A DNA stretch of 64,000 nt from Gemmatimonadota bacterium (GCA_947463135.1 CANHTA010000001.1:44332-108331); one strand, 5' to 3'. Numbered from the stretch's first letter, positions 17,419-27,939 are shown. A program made the numbers and translations. Notes: generated from the sequence alone by a model not told the origin.

Positions 17419-19652
17419 CCGGCGTTCGGCGCCGCCCGGGGCGGCGTGGCGGGAGCGCGTGTCTCGCTTCCCGCCTTCGACAGGCGCTGCTGTTGCTGGT
17501 GATGGCGCGGAGCGCGGCGTCGGCGCAGTCGGCGGCGCTACCGCAGGGGACCGCAGCGGTAACAGCACAGATAACCGTCGCCGGCACGGTCCTCGCGCAA
17601 TCCGACGGTACGCCGGTGATGTTGGCCGAGCTCCGTGTCGGGCGCACTGGTGTCCGTGCTCGCACGGATGCCGCTGGTGCCTTTCGCCTGGTGGCGGCGG
17701 TGGGCGACTCGCTTCAGGTGCGTGCGCTCGGCTTTGCTGAGCGGCGTCTGGTTGTTACCGGTCCCACCTTGCGCATCACCTTGGTTCCGCTCGCTACGGT
17801 CCTCCCGGTGTTCACCACCACCATGGGACAGCGCGTCATTCGAGCGAGTGAGTCGCCACGGAGTGTCACGGTAATCAGCCGGAAGGAATTGGAGGCCGTC
17901 GCGGCGGTGTCGGCGAATCAAATACTCCGTCAGCTGCCCGGATTGCAGGAGCTTCCTGCGCCTCCATCAAAAACGTCTATCTCCATTCGCGGCTTTGACG
18001 ATTCGCGGGTGTTGGTGCTGGTGGATGGCGAACCGGTGGCAGGGGCACTGATGGAAAGTCGCGACATTGGACGACTGAGCACGATTGCCACCGAGCGTAT
18101 CGAAGTGACCAAAGGGCCCTCAAGCGTGGAGTTCGGCAGCGATGCCTTGGGGGGCGTCATCAATCTGGTACAGGCGGCGCCCACCACGCGGCTGACCATC
18201 GATGCGGTAGCTCGCGACGGTGGTCTCGGGCGTCAGGAGTCGTCGGTGGGGGTGAGTCAAACGGTGGGGAAGCTTGGCTATCGCGTGAATGGCGGTTGGC
18301 GTCAATCCGACCGCCTCACCGGCTACAATGCGGTGGGGTCCACTTTCAACCGCATCTATGATGTGCGCAGTGATGTCCGGTATGCGCTGCCCAACCAGTG
18401 GACGCTGCGGTTGGATATGCAGGGATCACAGGAGCGTCAGCGCTTTCCCGTGAATACCGCCTTCAACGGCTTCATTGATAACCGGGGCGGGCAAGGGTTT
18501 GCCGAAGCCCGCGGGCCGTTGGGGGGAGGGAATCTGCGGGCGCGCGCCTTTGTGCAGCGCTTTGTGTATCAGTACCGGCAGTCGCGTGGCTTGTTGCCCA
18601 TTCAGGGCTCGGCGGATTCTCTGGAGCAGCGTGAGCGCCAGGAGCGGTTTCTGCTGTCGTACACGCGCGTGGTGGGGAGGCATGCGCTTGACGTGGGCGC
18701 TCAGCGGTCGCATCGCACGCTGGTGGCCCCCCGGAAAGTGACTGGGGATAGTGCGGCGGAGCAGGTCACCGAGGTATTTGCGCGTGACGCGTGGACGGTC
18801 GGGCCCCTGCTGATGACCGCTGGGGCGCGGCACACCAGCAGTACACTCTGGGGAAGTAGTGCCAATCCGTCGATTGGTGTGGCGTGGCAAGCCTCGTCGG
18901 GCGTGCGCGTGCGGAGCAATGTGGCCCGTGGATTTCGGGCCCCAGGCTTCAAAGAAATCCGGTACACGTTCACGAATCCAGCCGGGGGCTACACGCTGTC
19001 CGGGAATCCGGATCTGCTGCCTGAGAGCTCGTGGAGCACAAGCCTGGGTGGTACATGGGCGCCGAGCACGTCGCTCTCCATCGATGTCGAGGCATACCGC
19101 AACGACGTGTCGGGGCTGGTCGACTGGCGCTATGAAGGGGACAACGCGGCGGGGTTTCAGTCCTATCGCTATGTGAATGTGGCGCGGGCTCGTACGCAGG
19201 GTGTGGAACTCAACGCGCAGGGACGTGTTGGGGCCACCGAGCTCACTGTGGGGTATGATTTTCTTCGCGCGCGCGACCTCAACGCGGGACTTCCGCTAAG
19301 CCGCCGTGCAACGCATACGGCACGCGTGCGAGCGGCGCACGAGTGGCGGGTCCGTCACGGGCTCTCGGGCGATGCGTCGATACGGTATACCGGCAACGCG
19401 CCGTTGATTGGCATACCGAGCGGGGCACCGATTACGGGGCCATTCTCCACCGAGAGCGGCATTATCGGCCGTCAGGGGGCGTTGCTGTCGGTCGATACCC
19501 AACTGCGGTTGGCCATCACACGCGAGCTCGAAGCCTCGGGTGGTGTGAACAATCTGCTGAATCAGCAGCCCGAACTGTGGACCCCGGCCTTTGCCCGCCA
19601 GGTGTACGTGGGACTTCGGTGGCGCTGGAGCGCCTCGTCGTCAACGCCGTAA
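17415..19652 (+). CDS. TonB-dependent outer-membrane receptor (HmuR-like, with N-terminal carboxypeptidase-regulatory-like domain)
   Basis: Plug motifs VLVLVDGEP and IERIEVTKGPSSVEFGSDALGGVINL. Also GFRAPGFKE, NPDLLPE and GVNNLLN. Coupled to the HmuY-like gene. Confidence 0.9.
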   Translation: MTGVRRRPGRRGGSACLASRLRQALLLLVMARSAASAQSAALPQGTAAVTAQITVAGTVLAQSDGTPVMLAELRVGRTGVRARTDAAGAFRLVAAVGDSLQVRALGFAERRLVVTGPTLRITLVPLATVLPVFTTTMGQRVIRASESPRSVTVISRKELEAVAAVSANQILRQLPGLQELPAPPSKTSISIRGFDDSRVLVLVDGEPVAGALMESRDIGRLSTIATERIEVTKGPSSVEFGSDALGGVINLVQAAPTTRLTIDAVARDGGLGRQESSVGVSQTVGKLGYRVNGGWRQSDRLTGYNAVGSTFNRIYDVRSDVRYALPNQWTLRLDMQGSQERQRFPVNTAFNGFIDNRGGQGFAEARGPLGGGNLRARAFVQRFVYQYRQSRGLLPIQGSADSLEQRERQERFLLSYTRVVGRHALDVGAQRSHRTLVAPRKVTGDSAAEQVTEVFARDAWTVGPLLMTAGARHTSSTLWGSSANPSIGVAWQASSGVRVRSNVARGFRAPGFKEIRYTFTNPAGGYTLSGNPDLLPESSWSTSLGGTWAPSTSLSIDVEAYRNDVSGLVDWRYEGDNAAGFQSYRYVNVARARTQGVELNAQGRVGATELTVGYDFLRARDLNAGLPLSRRATHTARVRAAHEWRVRHGLSGDASIRYTGNAPLIGIPSGAPITGPFSTESGIIGRQGALLSVDTQLRLAITRELEASGGVNNLLNQQPELWTPAFARQVYVGLRWRWSASSSTP

Positions 19653-21461
19653 CGGGACGTCGCTGAGGAGCGATGCGTCGGCGAGCGCCAGAGGACGAAG
19701 CAGCACACGCGCAACCGATTCCGGAAACTCGTGCACATGCACCTGATGGATGGTGCGGTGCGTTGCGTCCGTCTCCGCCACGTCAACGGAGAGGCTGGGC
19801 CCCATGCCGTGCACCTGTCCGTCAAACGTGCGGATCACGCCCGTGCGGCGATGCACGAGGCGCGCGTGCCACGTCGCGTGCATCGGCTCGGTTGCCGGGG
19901 TGATGGTCACGTCGAAGGTGGCAATGCGCGCGATTGGGATGTGCTGTGCGGCACAGGCCATGGCCGCGGCCGCGGCGCACACCGTGGCATCACGATGCGG
20001 CAGCGCCTCGCGCACAAACAGCTCACTCGCCGTGCCGGCGTGAGGGGCACCACTGGTTGCCGGGGCAAGCCACTGAATGAACTCCGGTATCAGCCGTGAT
20101 GCATAGCCGGACAGCTCAATCGACCGCGCGGCGTAGCGCAAGACCTGCCGCACCTCAATGCGATCGACCTCATCAAAGAACCACGCGCACGAGGTAAAGG
20201 TGCGCATCGTGGCCCGTGCAAGCTCAAGCAATTCGCGCCCCCGTTGCTGTTGCGCCGCCGTGGCCTCGGGGTGGAGTTCGCGCTGCACAAACGCCGCCAG
20301 TTCCTCGCCATCCTGCGCGACCACCTCGCCATACCGATCGCGTACCTCCCAGGGATCGTCGCGAAAGAGCGTGCGTCCCTCGTGCTCAAACACCTCGTGT
20401 GTGTAGCGGGCGAGCCGTTCAATCGCGGCGCGTAAGGGCCCGCGCCACTGTTGGGCCGGTGGCTTGCTGCCATCGAGACGGCAGCCGCAGTTGCTGCGCC
20501 ATCGTTCCACGCCGTGTGCGCAGCTCCACGCACTCGGCGACACCAAGCGCACGTTGGTGGTTGGTGGGAACATCGCGACCAGCGCGGCACTGTTGGTCAC
20601 GCGCGAACGCGCCTGCTGCACCACCATGGACAACGCGTCGGTGAGCGCGGACTCGCCACCCGCATGGTGATGGCCGAAGGTCTCACCGTCCGTGGCCAGC
20701 GTGGTGCAGTGCGGTGCGCGCGCGTCGCTCGCTTCACGATCCGGGGAAAGCCGGCGTGCTAACGCGGGAGCGTCACGCAGCAACCCGCCGAAGGCCACGT
20801 CGCCAGCGAGCGAACCGTCATAGGGCAGGATGGTGAGCGTCCGACCCGAGGCACCCCGCCAACGCACCGGCATCCCGCTGCCGTCGTGCCCATGCACCTG
20901 ATACGGCGCGAGAATCGTGTAGGCGATGCCTTCCTTCGCCACCGCGTCCAGCGTGTCGTCATCCGCGGCACATTCCGGCAACCACATCCCTTCCGGCTGC
21001 CGTCGAAAGCGCCGTTGGAAATCCCGAATCCCCCATCGGATTTCGGCGGTGCGCTCACGTGGCGACGCCAAAGGAAGGATGACATGATGGTACGGTGCGG
21101 CGATCGCGTTCCCATGTCCCCACCGGCGAACACTGGCTGCATCGCCTTCCTGCATGGCCCGCATTGTTGCCGGGGCTTCCGCGTCCAGCCATTCGCAGAG
21201 CGTGGCGCCCACGTCGAAGGAGCACCAGGCATACAGGTTGACGATGCGCGCGATGCCGGCGCGCGCGTCAGGATCACGGCTGGCCGCGCGTTGATCGCGC
21301 AGGTGCGCTTCGGCCGCGGCGAGGCGGGCATAGCATTCGCGATTAATCCGCGCGTTCCAGTCATGATCGGGGGCGGCCGATGGTTCATTCGGCACCTCCT
21401 CAAGCCAAGGGTCTTCGCGCGGCGGCTGGTACAGGTGATGGTGAATAATGAGGGAGTGCAT
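19641..21461 (-). CDS. glycoside hydrolase family 57 with DUF3536 domain
   Basis: Motifs HHHLYQPPREDPW, YHHVILPL, GMWLPECA, ATDGETFGHH and WSCAHGVERWRSNCGC. ATG overlaps the glgA stop. Confidence 0.85.
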   Translation of the reverse strand: MHSLIIHHHLYQPPREDPWLEEVPNEPSAAPDHDWNARINRECYARLAAAEAHLRDQRAASRDPDARAGIARIVNLYAWCSFDVGATLCEWLDAEAPATMRAMQEGDAASVRRWGHGNAIAAPYHHVILPLASPRERTAEIRWGIRDFQRRFRRQPEGMWLPECAADDDTLDAVAKEGIAYTILAPYQVHGHDGSGMPVRWRGASGRTLTILPYDGSLAGDVAFGGLLRDAPALARRLSPDREASDARAPHCTTLATDGETFGHHHAGGESALTDALSMVVQQARSRVTNSAALVAMFPPTTNVRLVSPSAWSCAHGVERWRSNCGCRLDGSKPPAQQWRGPLRAAIERLARYTHEVFEHEGRTLFRDDPWEVRDRYGEVVAQDGEELAAFVQRELHPEATAAQQQRGRELLELARATMRTFTSCAWFFDEVDRIEVRQVLRYAARSIELSGYASRLIPEFIQWLAPATSGAPHAGTASELFVREALPHRDATVCAAAAAMACAAQHIPIARIATFDVTITPATEPMHATWHARLVHRRTGVIRTFDGQVHGMGPSLSVDVAETDATHRTIHQVHVHEFPESVARVLLRPLALADASLLSDVPLRR

Positions 21462-22993
21462 CAGCGACGGCTCGCCGCGATCCCGATCGCCTGTCGGTAC
21501 AGCTGCGCGTACCGTTCGGCAGAGCGCTGCCATCCGAAATCCTGTTGCATGGCGGCAGACATGCGTGGGGCCCACTCCCGAGGGTCGGCGAAACGGGCTA
21601 ACGCCCGCGAGATAGCCCGGTCCAGCGCAGCCGGTTGAAAGTCATCGAACAGAAATCCCGTGTGGTCGTCTTGTACGGTATCCGCAATCCCACCCACACG
21701 GCGGCCAATTGGCAGCGCGCCGTAGCGCTGGGCACGCATTTGCGTGAGCCCACACGGTTCGTACTGCGACGGCATCAGGAACATGTCGGCGCCTGCCATC
21801 AATCGATGCTCGAGGCGGTCGGTAAAGTTGAGCTGCACCCCGACATGTTGTGGGCGCGCCCGGGCAAGGGCCAACAGCGCATGTTCGTAGCGCGCATCGC
21901 CGGCACCGAGGAAAACGAATTGCGCATCGAGGTTCCAGATGAGCTGGGACGCCAGGATGAGATCAAGCCCCTTCTGTGCAACCATACGTCCCGTTAATCC
22001 GAATAACGGAATCCGCTTCCGCTGCGGCAGGCCGAACGACCGTTGCAACGCGGCTTTGCAGCGACTCTTGTTCCACGGATCATTCGGCGAATAGTTCGCC
22101 GTGATCTGCTCGTCGGTGCTGGGATCCCATACCGTCTGGTCAATCCCGTTGGTGATGCCCACGAACCGGTTACCAAGCCACTGAAACACCTCGTGCAGCC
22201 CAAAGCCACCGTTGGGCGTCCGTAATTCCTGTGCATGGGTGGGACTCACCGTGACGACCATATCCGCGAAGGTCAGACCACCCTTGAGCAAGTTGATCCG
22301 GTCGTACCACTCCAAATGCTGATACGTGTACACCTCAGGGGGGATACCGCAGTCGTTCAGCAGCGATGGGGGAAAGTGCCCCTGATACCCTGCGTTGTGT
22401 ACCGACAACACGGTTGGCGTGGTCGCATACCGTGCCGCCAGGTCGCTGTAGCAACGCATGTACATGAGCGCCAACGCGGTGTGCCAGTCGTGTGCGTGCA
22501 CCAACACGGGCCCGGCGATGAGTCGCGGAATCCCATCAAGGACGGCCCGCGAGAACAGCGCAAAGCGTCGGGCGTTGTCGGCATAGTCGCGCCCTCCCTC
22601 CCCGTACAAGCCGTTGCGCGAAAAGGCGGATGGGATGTCCACAAACACCACCTTCGGCCCTGCCGGAGAGGGCACTTCGCGGAAGAAGCGCACCTCCTCA
22701 CTGCGGAATCCGAGGTCCACCTGAATGGGGCGGCCAAGTGGTGCAAGGTCCGGTGCGTGGTCGCGCACCGAACGGTAGAGCGGCACGAACACCACCACGT
22801 TCGCGCCTCCCTGTTTCTGATGGCTCGCTAAGCCCATCACGGCCTCGGCGAGCCCACCCGTTCTGGCAAATGGACTGTACTCCGACGTGAGATGTACAAT
22901 CGTCGGAGTGCCATCCTCCGGTACCGGCATCACGGGCACCCCGACATCGGGCGCCTCGTGACTGGACGGGGGAGTGGCATGAGTGAGCATCAC
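21461..22993 (-). CDS. glgA: glycogen synthase
   Basis: Motifs EYSPFARTGGLA, VHAHDWHT, SVHNAGYQG and PSQYEPCGLTQM. Confidence 0.92.
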   Translation of the reverse strand: MMLTHATPPSSHEAPDVGVPVMPVPEDGTPTIVHLTSEYSPFARTGGLAEAVMGLASHQKQGGANVVVFVPLYRSVRDHAPDLAPLGRPIQVDLGFRSEEVRFFREVPSPAGPKVVFVDIPSAFSRNGLYGEGGRDYADNARRFALFSRAVLDGIPRLIAGPVLVHAHDWHTALALMYMRCYSDLAARYATTPTVLSVHNAGYQGHFPPSLLNDCGIPPEVYTYQHLEWYDRINLLKGGLTFADMVVTVSPTHAQELRTPNGGFGLHEVFQWLGNRFVGITNGIDQTVWDPSTDEQITANYSPNDPWNKSRCKAALQRSFGLPQRKRIPLFGLTGRMVAQKGLDLILASQLIWNLDAQFVFLGAGDARYEHALLALARARPQHVGVQLNFTDRLEHRLMAGADMFLMPSQYEPCGLTQMRAQRYGALPIGRRVGGIADTVQDDHTGFLFDDFQPAALDRAISRALARFADPREWAPRMSAAMQQDFGWQRSAERYAQLYRQAIGIAASRR

Positions 22994-23001
22994 CGAATGC
23001 G

Positions 23002-25182
23002 TTATGCGACTGGTGGATCGTCGGGGAGCGCGTCGCCCAATATGGAGGGCGCGTAGTACGCGCGCGCATACTGCTCAACCATGCGCCGCGCCGTGAATTG
23101 CTGGCCGGCGACACGAATTGCGTGCTTCATCGTGGCCAGCCATCGACGGGGCAGCTCATGTTGATCGACGTCGTAAAAGCGAGGGACGACTTCCTGCTCG
23201 AGCAGCTCATACAGGCGGTTGGAGGTGCGGACGCCTGCATCGTCGTCCTCCTCCGGGGTAATCGCCCAGCCGTTGTTCTCTTCGTATCCCTCCTCCCACC
23301 AGCCGTCAATCGTGGAAAGCTGCGGGACGCCGTTGAGCGCGGCCTTCATCCCACTGGTGCCCGATGCTTCCAGCGGGACCCGCGGAAGATTCATCCAGAG
23401 GTCAACGCCCTGCACGAGCAGGTGCGCCAGATGCATGCCGTAGTCTTCCACGAAGGCTACGCGCCCTTCAAATCGTGGGTCCCGTGTGAAGTGATACACG
23501 TTCTGCAGCACCTGCTTGCCTGGATTATCCGCGGGATGCGCCTTGCCGGCAAAGACGATCTGAACGGGGCGTTGCACATTGGTGACCAGCTTCCGTAATC
23601 GTTCCACATCACGGAAGATCAAGTCGGCACGCTTGTAGGTAGCGAAACGACGCGCAAACCCAATGGTTAAGGTGTTCGGGTCAAGCAGGATGCCGGCGCC
23701 GACGAGCTGCGTGGCATCAAGTTGCTGCCGCGCAAAGGCGCGGCGCGCCTCTTCGCGCACGAGTCGCATGAGCGTGTCTTTGAGCCGCGTGTGCGTGGTC
23801 CACAGCGCGTCGTCATCCAGCGTGAGCACCTGTTCCCAGAGGGCAGGATCGGCGCTGTGTCCCCACGCCGGTCCGAGGTGGTCATCCAGCAGCTTCATGA
23901 TGGGATTGGCCATCCACGTGGCCAGGTGCACCCCGTTGGTCACATGCCCCACGGGAATGTGCTCCGCCGCGCGGCCGTTCCAGAGTGAACGGCTCATCTC
24001 GCGGGTGACAATGCCATGGCGGCGCGACACCGCGTTCACACGTCGCGACAGCCGGACGGAGGCGGCGGTCATGTGGTACACACCGGCGCCTGACTCCGGC
24101 ATATACCCAACGCGCAGAAACGTGTCCGCGTCGATGCCCATCTCTTGCCAATATCCATTGGCGCACTGCCGCACTTCGCTCACGGCAAAGTGGTCATGTC
24201 CGGCGGGCACCGGGGTATGCGTGGTGAATACGCTGCAGTTGCGCACCTGCTTCACCGCCTCCTCATACGACTGTCCGGCCACGCACAGCTCTCGCACGCG
24301 CTCCACCATCATGAAGGCCGCGTGGCCTTCGTTGGCATGCCAGGCCGCTGGTGCAATGCCCAGTGCACGCAGGGCACGAACCCCACCGACCCCAAGCAAC
24401 CACTCCTGACGCAACCGCATGGCGGGGCCACCGGAGTACAATTTCGAGAGTAACGGGCGATCCTCCGGATGGTTCTCGGGAAGATCGGAGTCCAGCAGAT
24501 ACACGGGCACGCGTCCCACCTGCATCTTCCAGACGCGGATGTGAACATCCCGACCGAACGTATTCACCGTGATCAGATGCTGCGCCCCGTCTTTCCCCGG
24601 CAACGGGTCGATCGGCACGGTGTTGAAGTTGATGGCATCATTGGAATCCTCCTGCCATCCATCCACGCGGATGTGTTGATCGAAATAGCCTTGGCGATAC
24701 AAAATGCCAACGGCGACCAGCGGGATGCCGAGATCCGAGGCGGTTTTCAGGTGGTCACCGGCTAAGACGCCAAGGCCACCGGAATAAATGGGTACGGAGT
24801 TATGCACGCCGAACTCGGCGCAGAAATAGGCAACGGTCTGGCCACGCAACTCCGGGAAGGTGCGGCTATACCACGTGTGTTCGTCTGACCGCTCCCCGGC
24901 CAACCAGTGCATGGCACGATCATAGCGGGCGCAGAAGACGGCGTCGTCGGCAAGGTGACGGAGTCGCTCGGGCGCCACCAGCTGCAGCAGGTGGATGGGA
25001 TTGTGCCGCAGGCGGTGCCAGAGACTTTCGTCGATTTCCCGGAAGAGCATCCGTGCGTCACGATTCCAGCTCCACGCGAGATTCCGCGCGAGCTGCTCGA
25101 GTCCCGAAAGTCGCGCAGGCAGCGCAACCGACGCAGGAGTGGGTAGGGCAGGTACAGTATCGACAGGTGCAGTCATATCCAC
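23002..25182 (-). CDS. glgP: alpha-glucan (glycogen/maltodextrin) phosphorylase
   Basis: Motifs YSGGLGVLAGDHLK, NEGHAAF, FTTHTPVPAGHD, FARRFATYKR and EASGTSGMKA (PLP lysine). Alternative start at 25176. Confidence 0.95.
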   Translation of the reverse strand: MDMTAPVDTVPALPTPASVALPARLSGLEQLARNLAWSWNRDARMLFREIDESLWHRLRHNPIHLLQLVAPERLRHLADDAVFCARYDRAMHWLAGERSDEHTWYSRTFPELRGQTVAYFCAEFGVHNSVPIYSGGLGVLAGDHLKTASDLGIPLVAVGILYRQGYFDQHIRVDGWQEDSNDAINFNTVPIDPLPGKDGAQHLITVNTFGRDVHIRVWKMQVGRVPVYLLDSDLPENHPEDRPLLSKLYSGGPAMRLRQEWLLGVGGVRALRALGIAPAAWHANEGHAAFMMVERVRELCVAGQSYEEAVKQVRNCSVFTTHTPVPAGHDHFAVSEVRQCANGYWQEMGIDADTFLRVGYMPESGAGVYHMTAASVRLSRRVNAVSRRHGIVTREMSRSLWNGRAAEHIPVGHVTNGVHLATWMANPIMKLLDDHLGPAWGHSADPALWEQVLTLDDDALWTTHTRLKDTLMRLVREEARRAFARQQLDATQLVGAGILLDPNTLTIGFARRFATYKRADLIFRDVERLRKLVTNVQRPVQIVFAGKAHPADNPGKQVLQNVYHFTRDPRFEGRVAFVEDYGMHLAHLLVQGVDLWMNLPRVPLEASGTSGMKAALNGVPQLSTIDGWWEEGYEENNGWAITPEEDDDAGVRTSNRLYELLEQEVVPRFYDVDQHELPRRWLATMKHAIRVAGQQFTARRMVEQYARAYYAPSILGDALPDDPPVA

Positions 25183-25359
25183 GGGAACACGGGACCGGTG
25201 CGCAACCCGGAATGGTTGCGCGACGAACGCTCATGAAAGCTATGCCAGTGCGCGCTGGTGTGGACAGGTGAACCGGCTCGGAGTAGAGTGCAGCGGGCCC
25301 ACGTGTGGCCACGCGCCCGTTGGACTGGCGCGTCCGATCGCACCCCTTTTCGCCGACTT

Positions 25360-27939
25360 ATGTCGCCTCTGCGCTCCCGCACCGTCTCGGGCTCCGCCGT
25401 CACAGGCTCAACCGCCTCGCGCGCGACGGCCTCGCGCGCCACCGCGATTGAGGTGTTCAAGTTCGGCGGGGCGTCCTTGGCGGACGCGGCAGCCGTACGC
25501 CACGCGATCGAGCTCATCCGCATGCCGCGCCCAACCCGGGTGGTGACCGTGGTGTCGGCATTGGCCGGTGTCACCGACGCACTGCTCGCGCTGGCCGAGT
25601 CGGCTCGGAGGGGGGACGTCGGCACCGTTGATGCGCAGGTCACGGCGCTGCATCAGCGACACGCGGCCGTTGCGGAAGGCATTGTGGGGAATAGGCGGTT
25701 GCGGTTGCGCCTGCTTCGCGACCTGGAGCTGGCGTTCACAGAGCTCCGGACGCTTCTGCACGGCGTGGCCAGCCTCCGTGAGTTGACGCCGCGTACAAAG
25801 GATTTCTTGGTGGTGCGGGGCGAGCAACTCTCCGCGCGTCTGGTGGCGGCCGGGCTCGCGGCGCGCGGCGCGAAGGCGGCCTACGTGGAAGCGGCGACGC
25901 TCATTCGGACCGACGGGGTGTTTGGCGGAGCCTTTCCCGACCTCACCGCAACCGATCGGGCGGTGCCTGCGCAACTCGGACCGTTGCTCACGCAGGGCGT
26001 GCTTCCGGTGGTCCCCGGATTCGTGGGGGGAACGGAGGATGGCGCATTGGTTACGCTGGGGCGCGGTGGCAGCGATCTCACGGCCACCGTGCTGGGGCGC
26101 GCGCTACGCGCGCAGCGCATCACCCTCTGGAAAGACGTCCCCGGATTGATGACCACCGATCCGCGGTTGGTTCCGAGTGCGCGCGTCGTACCACAGCTCA
26201 ATGTGCGCGAAGCCGCGGAGCTCGCGTACTACGGGGCCAAGGTGCTGCATCCCCGCGCCCTCATCCCGCTCGCGCGCATGCGGGTTCCCGTGTTTGTGCG
26301 CCCCTTCGCCGATCCCACCGCTCAGGGCACCGAGATCTCCGTTCGCCATACGCTGTCGCGATATCCCGTGAAGGCGTTGTCCGTGGTGCGCCGTCAGGCC
26401 CTGGTCACCATCACGGGCAATGGCATGCTCGGCGTGCCGGGCATTGCCGCCCGCACCTTCGCGGCGCTGCAGCAGGCGGGGATTTCGGTCACGTTGATTT
26501 CGCAGGCCTCTTCCGAACACTCCATCTGCCTGTGTGTGCCGGCGGAATGCGGGGCTGATGCACGGGTGGCGCTGGAGCAGGCGTTTTCTCTCGAGCTCTC
26601 GCGCCGCGAACTTGAGGGCATGGATGTGCAGCACGGGATGGCAACGCTGGCCGTGGTGGGCCTCGGCATGGCGGGTTCGCCGGGAATCGCTTCACGGATG
26701 TTCACCTCGTTGTCCACCGCTGGCGTGAACATCGTGGCCATCGCTCAGGGCTCCAGTGAACTGAATATCTCGGTCGTCTTGGCGGAGGCCGATGCCGAAG
26801 TGGCCGCGCGCGCAGTGCATGATGAATTTCAGCTCGACAAGATCGGTGGCGGTGGGCTGCGGGAAGAGGATCGGCTGGACGTGGTGCTGCTGGGCGTCGG
26901 ATTGATCGGACGCGAACTGTTGCGCATGCTGCCGCGGATACGGCGTCGTGTGAAACCCACCGTGGTCGGCCTCATCGATCGCAGCGGGTTTGTGTTCGAG
27001 GCGGAGGGACTCACCATGCGTCAGCTCGCCCGATACGCGCAGGCGAAGGAAGCGGGGGGCGCCTTAGCAACGATGCGTGGCGGGCGGGCGGCAACGGCCG
27101 CAGACGCGGTGGCCCATATGGGCACCCATGCCCTGTCGCGCGCCGTGCTGGTGGACGTGACCGCGCACGAAACACTGCCGGCGATTCGGGCCGCGATTAC
27201 CGCCAAGATGGACATCGTCATGGCCAACAAGCGGCCGCTTTCGGCGTCGCGCGTAGAGGTGGCGTCGCTGCGGGCGCTTGCGGCTACCCATGGCTCGCGG
27301 TTGCTGCACGAAACTACGGTTGGTGCCGGGCTGCCGGTCATGGACAGCTACGCGAAGCTGGTGGAAACCGGTGACACCGTGCTCCGCATTGAGGGGTGTA
27401 CGTCGGGTACGCTGGGCTTTCTCCTTACCGAGATCGGCAAAGGGCGCCTCTTCAGTGCGTCGCTGCGCGATGCCATGTCGCGTGGTTTTACCGAGCCTGA
27501 TCCCCGCGATGACCTCTCCGGCATGGATGTCGCGCGCAAAGCACTGATTCTCGCGCGGATGATGGGCTTTGATGGTGATCTCCACGATGTCTCGGTGGAG
27601 TCGCTGGTGCCGGCGGCTTATCGCCGCCTGCCGCTGCCCAAGTTCCTGGCCACGCTGGAGCAACAAGACGCGGCCTGGAGCGAGCGGTTTGCGGCGGCTA
27701 CGCGGCGGCAGCGCGCGTTGCGCTACGTCCTGCGAGCCAATGCGCGGACGGTACAGGTGGGGTTGCAGGCGGTACCACTGACCCATCCGTTGGCGGGATT
27801 ACGTGGGACCGATAACCAAATTGTGTTTACCACCATGCGCTATCGCGAGCATCCCCTGGTGATCACCGGTCCCGGGGCTGGGCCAGCGGTAACCGCCGCC
27901 GGTGTGCTCAACGACATTCTCCAGCTGACGCCGTCATGA
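25360..27939 (+). CDS. thrA: bifunctional aspartokinase / homoserine dehydrogenase
   Basis: KFGGASL, TLGRGGSDLTA, two ACT domains, GVGLIG, HETTVGAGLPV and DPRDDLSGMDVARKALIL. Confidence 0.93.
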   Translation: MSPLRSRTVSGSAVTGSTASRATASRATAIEVFKFGGASLADAAAVRHAIELIRMPRPTRVVTVVSALAGVTDALLALAESARRGDVGTVDAQVTALHQRHAAVAEGIVGNRRLRLRLLRDLELAFTELRTLLHGVASLRELTPRTKDFLVVRGEQLSARLVAAGLAARGAKAAYVEAATLIRTDGVFGGAFPDLTATDRAVPAQLGPLLTQGVLPVVPGFVGGTEDGALVTLGRGGSDLTATVLGRALRAQRITLWKDVPGLMTTDPRLVPSARVVPQLNVREAAELAYYGAKVLHPRALIPLARMRVPVFVRPFADPTAQGTEISVRHTLSRYPVKALSVVRRQALVTITGNGMLGVPGIAARTFAALQQAGISVTLISQASSEHSICLCVPAECGADARVALEQAFSLELSRRELEGMDVQHGMATLAVVGLGMAGSPGIASRMFTSLSTAGVNIVAIAQGSSELNISVVLAEADAEVAARAVHDEFQLDKIGGGGLREEDRLDVVLLGVGLIGRELLRMLPRIRRRVKPTVVGLIDRSGFVFEAEGLTMRQLARYAQAKEAGGALATMRGGRAATAADAVAHMGTHALSRAVLVDVTAHETLPAIRAAITAKMDIVMANKRPLSASRVEVASLRALAATHGSRLLHETTVGAGLPVMDSYAKLVETGDTVLRIEGCTSGTLGFLLTEIGKGRLFSASLRDAMSRGFTEPDPRDDLSGMDVARKALILARMMGFDGDLHDVSVESLVPAAYRRLPLPKFLATLEQQDAAWSERFAAATRRQRALRYVLRANARTVQVGLQAVPLTHPLAGLRGTDNQIVFTTMRYREHPLVITGPGAGPAVTAAGVLNDILQLTPS

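Noticed and set aside
25233-25271. 12-codon ORF (MKAMPVRAGVDR) as a thr attenuator leader
   Set aside because: It contains no Thr or Ile codons and has no terminator/antiterminator pair.
25280-25350. Lysine riboswitch (AGAG.GC start) before aspartokinase
   Set aside because: The region is too short and lacks the kink-turn and kissing-loop elements.
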